From the IMG/VR virus record IMGVR_UViG_3300025098_000001: a stretch of 29,007 nucleotides of DNA, one strand, 5' to 3'. This document shows, in pieces, positions 1 to 7,442 of this stretch (its first letter is position 1; each line of letters starts with the position of its first letter). Made by a program: the position numbers and the translations under genes. This DNA comes from an uncultured virus (IMG/VR IMGVR_UViG_3300025098_000001). Lineage: Duplodnaviria > Heunggongvirae > Uroviricota > Caudoviricetes. Below the pieces are notes generated by a model that did no database searches, was not told the DNA's origin, and worked only from the letters and a program-made list of their open reading frames with translations.

Positions 1-69
1 CTGTGTGATGGGTTCTTGAGAGAACAGATTGCATTTATGGCTATGGAGGCCGAAATATATGACGAATGA
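1..69 (+). CDS. 3' end of an upstream hypothetical protein (partial)
   Basis: Frame 1 is open from base 1 (LCDGFLREQIAFMAMEAEIYDE*) and its stop overlaps the start region of the next gene. Confidence 0.45.
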   Translation: MCDGFLREQIAFMAMEAEIYDE

Positions 70-1363
70 TTGGATAAAAAAAATTAAGGTTAAAGCAAAT
101 CATAATGGACACACCATAGTTAATGTCTCTGTAACCAATAGACAGCGAAGACTGGTAAGTTTTTATTCTACCGTTTCAACACATACCGAATATCAAGGTT
201 ATAGATATTATAGAAATCGTGCTAATAACGACCATCAGGTAAGAGAAGGATACGACCAAAGCGTAAATTATTTTGGTAAAATGTGCGTTAAAATTTTAAA
301 CAATAGTTTTGCTAGACTTTCCAATAATGATAACACTAATTCTAAGCCTTTTGCTTTCTTTACCGAACACTGCACTGTAATTTTCCAGAAGTTTGATAAA
401 AAATACTATATTAATGGAAACAAATGCACTAAGTCAAGGTTAAATGCTATAATACCAAGTATTATGATGAGAATGAATGTAGAAAAAAATAGTAAATCCT
501 TTAAAAACTTCGTAGATATGATTGTAGATAGTGACCCTGTAATTTCAGCAGCAATTGTTAATAAAATTGAATACACCTTTTATGACAACACTTATACTAA
601 AGTAGAAACACTTTTAAATATTGAAAAAACTGGTAAAGAATATTCGGCTATCGAATTATATGAAGGTGTTTGGGTAGAGTTTAAAGATACCCAGATGAAA
701 TCTTTCATAAATGCTTGTAGGGGGAATAAAAATAAGTTCACAGGGGTAAGTCCCGAAGAACTGTATTATTTATCAAGAGGAGAATTTTTGAGTAAATCGG
801 AAATCCAAGTTGTTTATGCTTTCTTGGAACAAAACCGTAAGTCTGCACTTGTTGAACAAAGAAGTTTGGAACTATTTAAAGACCTCACAGAAAGATTCAA
901 GGGTAAAATATTTGAACGAGAAATGTTGGTTGAAGGAAATAAAAAGCAAAGTATGGGTGTTCGTGGAAAGCAGTTGGACTGGCTTGTTGTAGATAGAGGG
1001 TATAAAGCGGGTAGACAAGATGTTTCTACTTATGCTGTTATATCATTGGCAAATTACTCTCGCACAACAGATAGAAGCGGGTATAGTCCCAAAGATTCTA
1101 GTGTAGGTCTAAATACAGTTCATAATGAATCTGTATATTATAATAAGGGTGGAAATGAAAAATATGTTCTTTTAGGACCGATTTGTATAGACCAAGCCCA
1201 TACAGATATTTCTATCGGGGACCAATTTGCTGCTAGGTCTATGGCATTATTAAACGATATTCATAGTTTTAAACATGTTTCTACTCTTAGAAATTATGAT
1301 AGAATAAAACCCGAAATAAGAGTTGATTGGGATGCCTTGTCTATATTGTATGGGAAAGAATAA
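59..1363 (+). CDS. Hypothetical protein with C-terminal GPICID...GDQ...ALLND segment
   Basis: Long ORF; ATG at 59 has GGAGG at 45-49, so preferred over the TTG at 29. No family confidently recognised. Confidence 0.8.
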   Translation: MTNDWIKKIKVKANHNGHTIVNVSVTNRQRRLVSFYSTVSTHTEYQGYRYYRNRANNDHQVREGYDQSVNYFGKMCVKILNNSFARLSNNDNTNSKPFAFFTEHCTVIFQKFDKKYYINGNKCTKSRLNAIIPSIMMRMNVEKNSKSFKNFVDMIVDSDPVISAAIVNKIEYTFYDNTYTKVETLLNIEKTGKEYSAIELYEGVWVEFKDTQMKSFINACRGNKNKFTGVSPEELYYLSRGEFLSKSEIQVVYAFLEQNRKSALVEQRSLELFKDLTERFKGKIFEREMLVEGNKKQSMGVRGKQLDWLVVDRGYKAGRQDVSTYAVISLANYSRTTDRSGYSPKDSSVGLNTVHNESVYYNKGGNEKYVLLGPICIDQAHTDISIGDQFAARSMALLNDIHSFKHVSTLRNYDRIKPEIRVDWDALSILYGKE

Positions 1364-1934
1364 ATTCAATAAAGAGATAAACCTTTATGTCTGTGAAGAT
1401 TGTAGACTAATTAATGTTTCGAGAATTATGGAGGTAAAAGGACCTGTAAAGGTTGATAGAACCTTAGTAGAATTATCTCTACTATGTAGTGAATTTGGGA
1501 TAGAAAAAACAGAAGAATTAAAAAAAATGTTTCGCTCATCGTATGTTTCCCTTCTCAGGGGTAATTATACTATGTCGGAACTTGCCGTTGCCGTCGTGTT
1601 TCTAAATAATAAATGGCTCAACTTGTCAAGGTTGGGCCGATTCATGGGGATTAAAACGCGAAGGGCTAAGACGGTAGTATCAAGATTGCAGGAAGTTTTT
1701 CATATAGATTTAGTTTATTCTATTGAGGAAGCGCATGATTTCTGCGATACACAAAACATCAATGCGAAGGAAAAAATTACGAATGTATCTAAAGACATGG
1801 AACTTACGAAAGAAGTTCTAATGTCTTGTATATATTTGGCTACCGACTTGTCATACGGTAAGGTAGCAAGAATGTTTCATGTAAGTGAAAATACCGTATG
1901 GCGACATGTAAAAAAATTGGAGGAATATGAATGA
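1332..1934 (+). CDS. Transcription initiation factor IIB (TFB)-like protein
   Basis: N-terminal Zn ribbon CLYC-x14-CEDC; cyclin-repeat-like segments LLRGNYTMSELAVAVVFL and VLMSCIYLA; C-terminal HTH YGKVARMFHVSENTVWRHVKKL resembling the TFB BRE-binding helix. Confidence 0.75.
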   Translation: MPCLYCMGKNKFNKEINLYVCEDCRLINVSRIMEVKGPVKVDRTLVELSLLCSEFGIEKTEELKKMFRSSYVSLLRGNYTMSELAVAVVFLNNKWLNLSRLGRFMGIKTRRAKTVVSRLQEVFHIDLVYSIEEAHDFCDTQNINAKEKITNVSKDMELTKEVLMSCIYLATDLSYGKVARMFHVSENTVWRHVKKLEEYE

Positions 1935-2677
1935 AAAAAACAGTCAAAGATATGAAATGTGGGTATTGTGGTGTCATTGGACATACCGCAAGAACCTGTG
2001 AAGATAAAAAGAAAAATAAAGTCAAAGAAGAAAGAAAAACCAGAAGGAAACAGGCCAAAAGGTTTTATTATGCAGATAGTAAAAAACTTTCAAACTTGAC
2101 TAATAAATTAACTGAAGAAGGTAAATTGAAATTACTAAACAATGGCACTCTTAATAGTAACCATTTCTTAGTTCAAACTAAACCTGAAACTGCAATACAA
2201 GAAAATCTAGTAGAACCTTTGTTCGCCTTACTTGCATCAAGAGCCAAGACTGAATCTTGTAAAACAGATTACAGTCGTGAACCTCACTTCAAAACTGTGG
2301 ATAACAAAAATAAATATTTAGACTACCTATTAACTGTTTCTTTTAAGGGGCATAAATCACCTGTAAAGTGGTTGATTGAAGCGGAAGCACCTAATCAAAC
2401 ACATAAAGGTATTGAGCAGATAGAAGATTTCTTGGCAGAAGTTCCTAATGTTAATGAATATAGATTTATCGTAACTGATGGCTATTGGTATCACTTTTGC
2501 TTACCAACAGTAGACAGCGTTTTGGAATGGACAAGTTTTACAATAGACGATAGAACATTCTTGATGGATGATTTAGTTACAGGAACGATGTTGGATTTGA
2601 ACCCAATTCAAAATTTAAAGAAGTTGGGAATGGTAATAGGCATTTTAGTGATTGGCCTTATAATCACTTTTGTATAA
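1931..2677 (+). CDS. Zn-knuckle + HsdR_N/PD-(D/E)XK-like nuclease domain + C-terminal transmembrane helix
   Basis: CGYCGVIGHTARTC (CX2CX4HX4C); ETAIQENLVEPLF, LDYLL, LIEAE, FIVTDG match the type I restriction R-subunit N-terminal pattern; hydrophobic end MVIGILVIGLIITFV. Confidence 0.6.
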   Translation: MKKTVKDMKCGYCGVIGHTARTCEDKKKNKVKEERKTRRKQAKRFYYADSKKLSNLTNKLTEEGKLKLLNNGTLNSNHFLVQTKPETAIQENLVEPLFALLASRAKTESCKTDYSREPHFKTVDNKNKYLDYLLTVSFKGHKSPVKWLIEAEAPNQTHKGIEQIEDFLAEVPNVNEYRFIVTDGYWYHFCLPTVDSVLEWTSFTIDDRTFLMDDLVTGTMLDLNPIQNLKKLGMVIGILVIGLIITFV

Positions 2678-2689
2678 GGAGAGATAACG

Positions 2690-3265
2690 ATGAAAAATAA
2701 AATAATGATTATTGGATGCGGTGGAATTGGGTCATACTTGATTTCACTTTTGGATAGAGCAAATAGAATGAATTCGGCTACGAGGTTGTATGATATTACG
2801 GTATTTGACCCCGATATTGTTGAGACTAAAAATTTGAGTTATCAAAATTTTGAGACAGAAGATGTTGGAGTATCAAAACCCGAAGCACTTGCAACGAGAT
2901 ATAAGTTTAAGGCTGAACCTTACAAGGTTCTTTCGCCTTCTCAAATCAAAGGATACGATTTAGTTATTTGCTGTGCTGACAATTTAGATGTGCGAAAGAT
3001 GCTTTATCAATCCGAAGTTCGATGGCTTGATTTAAGAGCGCAAGGTCGAGCAGGTTTGCTTGTAAGTTCGGATGAAGACCCAAAACTTTACTCAACATTA
3101 ACAGCAGGGCCGGAAGGTTCTTTTTCTTGTCAAGGAGATGCTTGGGATAGAAGTAATCAAGGAGTTCATTTTACTCATGTAGCAGTTGCTGGGTATGGGG
3201 CACAGTGGGTTCAAAGATTCTTTAGTGGTGATTACACACCAAAACATATACAGGTGAGCGCATGA
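2690..3265 (+). CDS. ThiF/MoeB/E1-family adenylyltransferase
   Basis: IIGCGGIGS nucleotide-binding loop, DPDIVETKNL, DVGVSK, DLVICCADN..R; AGGAG RBS upstream. Confidence 0.92.
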   Translation: MKNKIMIIGCGGIGSYLISLLDRANRMNSATRLYDITVFDPDIVETKNLSYQNFETEDVGVSKPEALATRYKFKAEPYKVLSPSQIKGYDLVICCADNLDVRKMLYQSEVRWLDLRAQGRAGLLVSSDEDPKLYSTLTAGPEGSFSCQGDAWDRSNQGVHFTHVAVAGYGAQWVQRFFSGDYTPKHIQVSA

Positions 3266-3369
3266 TTCACGAGTTTGGTGCTTGTCCTCTATGTGACAAA
3301 CCCTGCTCTTTTACCATGAGTGAAAATGTTTGGGTATGTGACTGTGATTGTTCGGAGGTGAGCGCATGA
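3262..3369 (+). CDS. Small Cys-rich (Zn-binding) protein, 35 aa
   Basis: Hand-translated MIHEFGACPLCDKPCSFTMSENVWVCDCDCSEVSA; GGTGA RBS; ATGA overlaps at both ends. Confidence 0.65.
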   Translation: MIHEFGACPLCDKPCSFTMSENVWVCDCDCSEVSA

Positions 3370-3479
3370 GAAAGTGGTTAATGAATAGACAACTTAAAAA
3401 AATAAGAAAGGAATACAACAAGGTAGTAAAAGTCTACCCAAAGAAAAAGAAAGACGATGACTACGGAGGCGATGATTAA
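3366..3479 (+). CDS. Small basic protein, 37 aa
   Basis: Hand-translated MRKWLMNRQLKKIRKEYNKVVKVYPKKKKDDDYGGDD; GGAGGTGA RBS; fills the gap exactly with coupled start/stop. Confidence 0.6.
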   Translation: MRKWLMNRQLKKIRKEYNKVVKVYPKKKKDDDYGGDD

Positions 3480-4213
3480 TGGATAAAATAGTAAGAGAAG
3501 AAATAATTGGGCATGAAGAAGAAGTAACTGAGGATATGGTAAACTTGTTCTACGAAACTTGGGAACCGGCACACGAAGGGGAATATATTGATGAATTAGT
3601 TATCAATGGTAATTACGAGGTAGCGGCAGTTATCCGAGAAGAAGACCCTAATGAATGGGTGCAAGAAACCTTGGTAACATATGGTGCTGAGATTCAACCT
3701 GCATATGTAAGTGGAGATTACAGTTCCTTTTTCCGAGGAACTGAACCAAAAGGTCCGTTAAATATTAAACATACGGATATTGCACCTGAAGTTTGGCAAA
3801 AAGAAATCAAGGAAGTATGGGAACATTTGCTACGAAAAGGTGAAGACATTCCCCGTAACCGTAGATTTTTAGATGCTATTTGGAATGCTTCAACAGAAAT
3901 ACTTCCGGGCCTTGAAATATCAGTTATTGTAGACCGTAAAGGAAAACTATTTATGAACAGCGGAAGTCCGGGTTATGTAGATTACGGCGGGGTCAATGTT
4001 ACAGGAATGAGTATTCCTATCCGTTGTTGGATTCATACTCACCCATTTGGTTATGCCTTTTGGTCTGGAACTGATAATAGAACTTTGCGAAACTGGCGAC
4101 CAATTAACCAAGAAGCAATTGTATTAGGTAGAGGTGAACATTTAATATGGGAAAAAACAGAGAACGGAGAGAGAATGACGAAGGTAGTAGAAAAAGAAGC
4201 CTTCGAGTTGTAA
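3479..4213 (+). CDS. JAB/MPN+ (JAMM) metallo-isopeptidase
   Basis: Intact motif E(ISVIVD)...H-T-H-x7-S-x2-D (WIHTHPFGYAFWSGTD); acidic N-terminal extension. Confidence 0.88.
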   Translation: MDKIVREEIIGHEEEVTEDMVNLFYETWEPAHEGEYIDELVINGNYEVAAVIREEDPNEWVQETLVTYGAEIQPAYVSGDYSSFFRGTEPKGPLNIKHTDIAPEVWQKEIKEVWEHLLRKGEDIPRNRRFLDAIWNASTEILPGLEISVIVDRKGKLFMNSGSPGYVDYGGVNVTGMSIPIRCWIHTHPFGYAFWSGTDNRTLRNWRPINQEAIVLGRGEHLIWEKTENGERMTKVVEKEAFEL

Positions 4214-4572
4214 GGTTTCCTACCTTTGGTGATAGAGAAATTGAGTGTCCCGTATGCGAGGGAAATAAATGTATCGTATGTAATGGAACAGGGTTTTTTG
4301 AAATAAGTGGAGAGGTGTGGGCAAGTATTCAACAGCCACATATTATACAGTATGTGCATGATAACTTGCCCATCCTTTCTAAGGAATATAATACAATGTA
4401 TGGTTCCGGAATGAATATGAAAACATTGGGAATTCTCAAAAAGAATTGGGAAGTATTAGAGGTCAGCAGTCTAATAGGTTCAATGTGGGTATGTATTAAT
4501 ATCCAAACTGCTGAAACAAAACACTTTTATAAAGAAGGAGGACTGAAAAAATGGTTAGTATTAGAGAAATAA
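4147..4572 (+). CDS. Protein with DnaJ-type Zn finger
   Basis: CPVCEGNKCIVCNGTG (two CxxCxG repeats); GAGGTGA upstream of the ATG. Confidence 0.65.
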   Translation: MGKNRERRENDEGSRKRSLRVVRFPTFGDREIECPVCEGNKCIVCNGTGFFEISGEVWASIQQPHIIQYVHDNLPILSKEYNTMYGSGMNMKTLGILKKNWEVLEVSSLIGSMWVCINIQTAETKHFYKEGGLKKWLVLEK

Positions 4573-4853
4573 TGAGAATGTGGAAAGGAAAGCGTGGCGT
4601 TACAAGTGATGCGGCAATTGAATTTCAAGAAAGAGCGAAGCAATTGATTGAGGCATTGGTTAACTTGTCGAACTTTGAAGCACAAAGGCGTGGTAATAAT
4701 TCACGCTTGCGTTCTTCCGATGTTCGATTGGCATACCTTACAATGTTGGATAATCGTGTGGATGAAATAGAGGAAGAAGCCTATACAGGTGAAGTAATTT
4801 CAAGAGAGTATGAAATGACAGAAGAAGAGTTTGGTGATTGGAATGCTCAATGA
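4551..4853 (+). CDS. Archaeal histone-fold protein with acidic C-terminal tail
   Basis: IREIMR..KRGVTSDA..long helix..AQRRG..RLRSSDVRLA aligns by eye to HMfB (IGRIIK..RVSDDA..ARHAGRKTIKAEDIELA); GGAGG RBS. Confidence 0.75.
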   Translation: MVSIREIMRMWKGKRGVTSDAAIEFQERAKQLIEALVNLSNFEAQRRGNNSRLRSSDVRLAYLTMLDNRVDEIEEEAYTGEVISREYEMTEEEFGDWNAQ

Positions 4854-4995
4854 ATTAGTAAAACAATTAGATGAGGCAATTGATATGGCTGAAAAGTCAA
4901 GTCAACTTGCGTTGTCAAGAAAATTAAACTTGATTAAGAATTACACTTTGGGTTTTACTCACGCACTTTGGGGTGAAAAGGTTGTCGAGGATTAA
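4843..4995 (+). CDS. Small hypothetical protein, 50 aa
   Basis: Hand-translated MLNELVKQLDEAIDMAEK...EKVVED; GGTGA RBS; fills the gap. Confidence 0.6.
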   Translation: MLNELVKQLDEAIDMAEKSSQLALSRKLNLIKNYTLGFTHALWGEKVVED

Positions 4996-5221
4996 GACAG
5001 TAACTCACGGTGAATATGAAATCCTACAAGCACTACTCGATTCTTCAGTAATTGCTGAAGCACTTGAGCGTGTTAAGTATGATATGGTCCCTTCTAATGA
5101 TGATGTAGCGGAGAAAAGATTCAGTCAATCGGTAGCAAGTGTAGCACAATATATGCAAAATATGTGCGACCGCAGACTACATAGATTACCAAAAAATCAT
5201 CCAAATTTTAAGGAGAAATGA
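4973..5221 (+). CDS. Hypothetical protein (start may be TTG 4982)
   Basis: ORF in operon with coupled stop/start. Confidence 0.7.
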   Translation: MKRLSRIKTVTHGEYEILQALLDSSVIAEALERVKYDMVPSNDDVAEKRFSQSVASVAQYMQNMCDRRLHRLPKNHPNFKEK

Positions 5222-5421
5222 ATATGAAAAATGAAGAAGAAGTAAAAGAAATGTTATTACAAGCAGAAGCAGAAGCAAAATACTGGAGAGACCGTTTTCA
5301 TTCACGAACAATGGACACGAAAGAAAATGCAGAATGTTTGCGTAACTACACAGCATTGCGTGGAGTTTTGAAAACCTTACGCTGGGTATTAGAAGAAATT
5401 ACAGCATCCCCATTGAGTTGA
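5218..5421 (+). CDS. Hypothetical helical-hairpin protein
   Basis: ORF with AGGAG RBS, coupled to neighbours. Confidence 0.7.
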   Translation: MNMKNEEEVKEMLLQAEAEAKYWRDRFHSRTMDTKENAECLRNYTALRGVLKTLRWVLEEITASPLS

Positions 5422-5741
5422 TATTTATGTATGATGATGAAGACGCACCTAAGAATGTAGAAGAAGGAGTTAACAGACTTTTAGAAAGCATTTTGTGGGA
5501 GGTATTAGAGGAAGAGATGGGACTATATAAAAAGTCCCCATTCAGTAACTATCCTTCATGGAAAGATGCAGATAAAAAAAGATATGATAGGGCAGCAAAA
5601 GTTTTGTATAAACGATTAAATAATATGGTAAATAATAAACCGGAAATTAAAATACAGAAAACAAAAAATGTCTTTCCCACAGATGCAAAGTATAATAAGA
5701 ATAAAACTCTCAGGGATTATTTGAGAGAACATGTGGGATGA
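5418..5741 (+). CDS. Hypothetical protein
   Basis: ORF in operon; weak similarity to 4973-5221. Confidence 0.65.
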   Translation: MIFMYDDEDAPKNVEEGVNRLLESILWEVLEEEMGLYKKSPFSNYPSWKDADKKRYDRAAKVLYKRLNNMVNNKPEIKIQKTKNVFPTDAKYNKNKTLRDYLREHVG

Positions 5742-5955
5742 TGAATTAGAAGAGCAACCTATCGAAGAAGGTAACATTGTAGACATTATTAGCCACGACG
5801 GTGTAAAGCGTGGTAGTGAAATAGTTGCCGTTCATTGTTTCGTATGTGGAGAAAAATTCATAGGACCAAAGGATAAAGCCGGAATGTTTATTAAAGGACA
5901 CATGGAGTTTCATAAGTGGGAAATCACTTTGTATGATACCCTTGGTGGAGTTTAA
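5731..5955 (+). CDS. Small C2H2-type Zn-finger protein
   Basis: CFVC-x15-HMEFH pattern. Confidence 0.6.
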   Translation: MWDDELEEQPIEEGNIVDIISHDGVKRGSEIVAVHCFVCGEKFIGPKDKAGMFIKGHMEFHKWEITLYDTLGGV

Positions 5956-6366
5956 ATATATACAGAAGGTCAAATTCAAGGAATCCTATTGCTTGCGGGA
6001 ATACCGCAGTTTAAGGTAGTAGGTATTATTAGTAAAAGAGGTTGGGAACCGAGATACGATATTAAAATTCGACTACCCCAACAAATGTTATTGCCAATGG
6101 TGCAAGCCCTCGAAAGACTACAAATTAATTGTCAGTTAAAAAGAGAAAGAGGGCGTAGAGTAGATACAATAGTTATCCGTAGGCGTTTAGATGTTTTACG
6201 GATATGTGATATTTTTCCCCGAAATGTTCCGTCAAAGAGCAAAGTGTGGGGTAAATTTATCCGGTTAATGGAAATGGTTCGCAACGGTGAACATATGAAC
6301 AACGATAGTAGATATGAGTTCGAGATGATTTTATATGAAGAAAACAATAGAGAAAAAGAAACCTAA
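5956..6366 (+). CDS. Degenerate LAGLIDADG-fold protein (start uncertain: ATA 5956 or TTG 5989)
   Basis: C-terminal KFIRLMEMVRNGEHMNNDSRYEFEMI matches the LAGLIDADG_1 'F..iv..m..geHl..eg...i' tail; in-frame N-terminal helix YTEGQIQGILLLAG. Confidence 0.55.
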   Translation: MYTEGQIQGILLLAGIPQFKVVGIISKRGWEPRYDIKIRLPQQMLLPMVQALERLQINCQLKRERGRRVDTIVIRRRLDVLRICDIFPRNVPSKSKVWGKFIRLMEMVRNGEHMNNDSRYEFEMILYEENNREKET

Positions 6367-7174
6367 AATATTTGTAGGTAAGGCCGGAACAGGTAAGACA
6401 TTTAACGCAAAATCCGCTTTAGAAACAAAAGAATATGTGCGCTACCAAGCCAACGATATACCGATAGAAGATGTATATTCTTGGCCTATGGATGTGAGCA
6501 TTATTATTGAGGATGTGCATTACAAACCCGACAAGGATAAAATATTAGACTTGATATATTCGGGTAGAAAAGTAGTGCTTACATCAGTCAATAAGAAAGA
6601 TGTGCCTAAAGCAATTATTAATGCGTGTCAAGTCAAACTGTGCGGTAAGACCAACAGAAATCAGATAATGATTAAAACACTATATGCTAAAAATTGTGAT
6701 GAGGTTAAAACCTTTGATGCTAATATGTGGTCGCTTACAGGCAACTACATTAAAATGAAAGACCGTGATGATTTTTATAAGGGAGTGCGCTTACATGAGC
6801 CACCACCTATGCAAATACTTTCATGGGCTTCAGCATCAATGCCTAATAACAATAAATTAGCATTCGTAGCATCAACGCTACATAGATGGCCGAAGGACTA
6901 TTTCTATGCGTTATTGGCTTATTCTTGGGAGGGTGGTTATATTACAATGACTCCACCTAAGAGGAAGTCATCGAGTTTGTTTCCGTCTATTTGTCTCAAG
7001 TTGGGGCTTAAGGAAACGGATGGCTATTTAGTAAGAAGTCTTGTAAGAGACCCTCAATATGCTAGATGGGCCGCTAAGAAATTATTACCCGAAGAATGTA
7101 AAATTTTGGGTATAAGTAAGGAAAAGAAAAAGAGAACGACTACAAGAAAAATGAAAGGATTAGAGGAATTTTGA
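6335..7174 (+). CDS. Clamp loader (RFC) large-subunit-like AAA+ ATPase
   Basis: Walker A GKAGTGKT, Walker B IIIED, basic C-terminus ending in PIP-like KGLEEF; RFC small subunit nearby. Confidence 0.65.
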   Translation: MKKTIEKKKPKIFVGKAGTGKTFNAKSALETKEYVRYQANDIPIEDVYSWPMDVSIIIEDVHYKPDKDKILDLIYSGRKVVLTSVNKKDVPKAIINACQVKLCGKTNRNQIMIKTLYAKNCDEVKTFDANMWSLTGNYIKMKDRDDFYKGVRLHEPPPMQILSWASASMPNNNKLAFVASTLHRWPKDYFYALLAYSWEGGYITMTPPKRKSSSLFPSICLKLGLKETDGYLVRSLVRDPQYARWAAKKLLPEECKILGISKEKKKRTTTRKMKGLEEF

Positions 7175-7326
7175 TGAGGAAAGGAAACGGAGAAGCATTT
7201 ACAAAATGGGCTGGGGTAATGCTTAATAGGCTACCCTATAAGTTTATGCGTGAGTGTTATGAAAATGAAATGACATTAGACGAGGCGGTGAAAGAGTATG
7301 AAAGAAGACATGAAGACTCTAATTGA
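7174..7326 (+). CDS. Small hypothetical protein, 50 aa
   Basis: Hand-translated MRKGNGEAFTKW...RRHEDSN; TGATG coupling, GAGG RBS. Confidence 0.55.
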   Translation: MRKGNGEAFTKWAGVMLNRLPYKFMRECYENEMTLDEAVKEYERRHEDSN

Positions 7327-7438
7327 ACTGACTAAGAAAATGGCAAATGAATTACACATTACCAATAAAATCGCAATCAGCGTTTCTGTTGTTAATGTAA
7401 TCACCCTCGTAGTAATTGCGTGGGGACTAATGAGGTGA
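7298..7438 (+). CDS. Small membrane protein, 46 aa
   Basis: Hand-translated MKEDMKTLIEL...IAISVSVVNVITLVVIAWGLMR; GGTGA RBS; C-terminal hydrophobic helix. Confidence 0.6.
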   Translation: MKEDMKTLIELTKKMANELHITNKIAISVSVVNVITLVVIAWGLMR

Positions 7439-7442
7439 AAAA

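Noticed and set aside
3366..3479. 37-aa peptide ending GG-DD between E1 and JAB as the ubiquitin-like modifier
   Set aside because: Too short and basic for a beta-grasp fold, and the GG codons are the GGAGG RBS of the JAB gene; cannot be fully excluded as a peptide tag.
5731..5955. ORF ending LGGV as a Ubl precursor
   Set aside because: The sequence is a C2H2 Zn finger and the GG codons coincide with the next gene's RBS.
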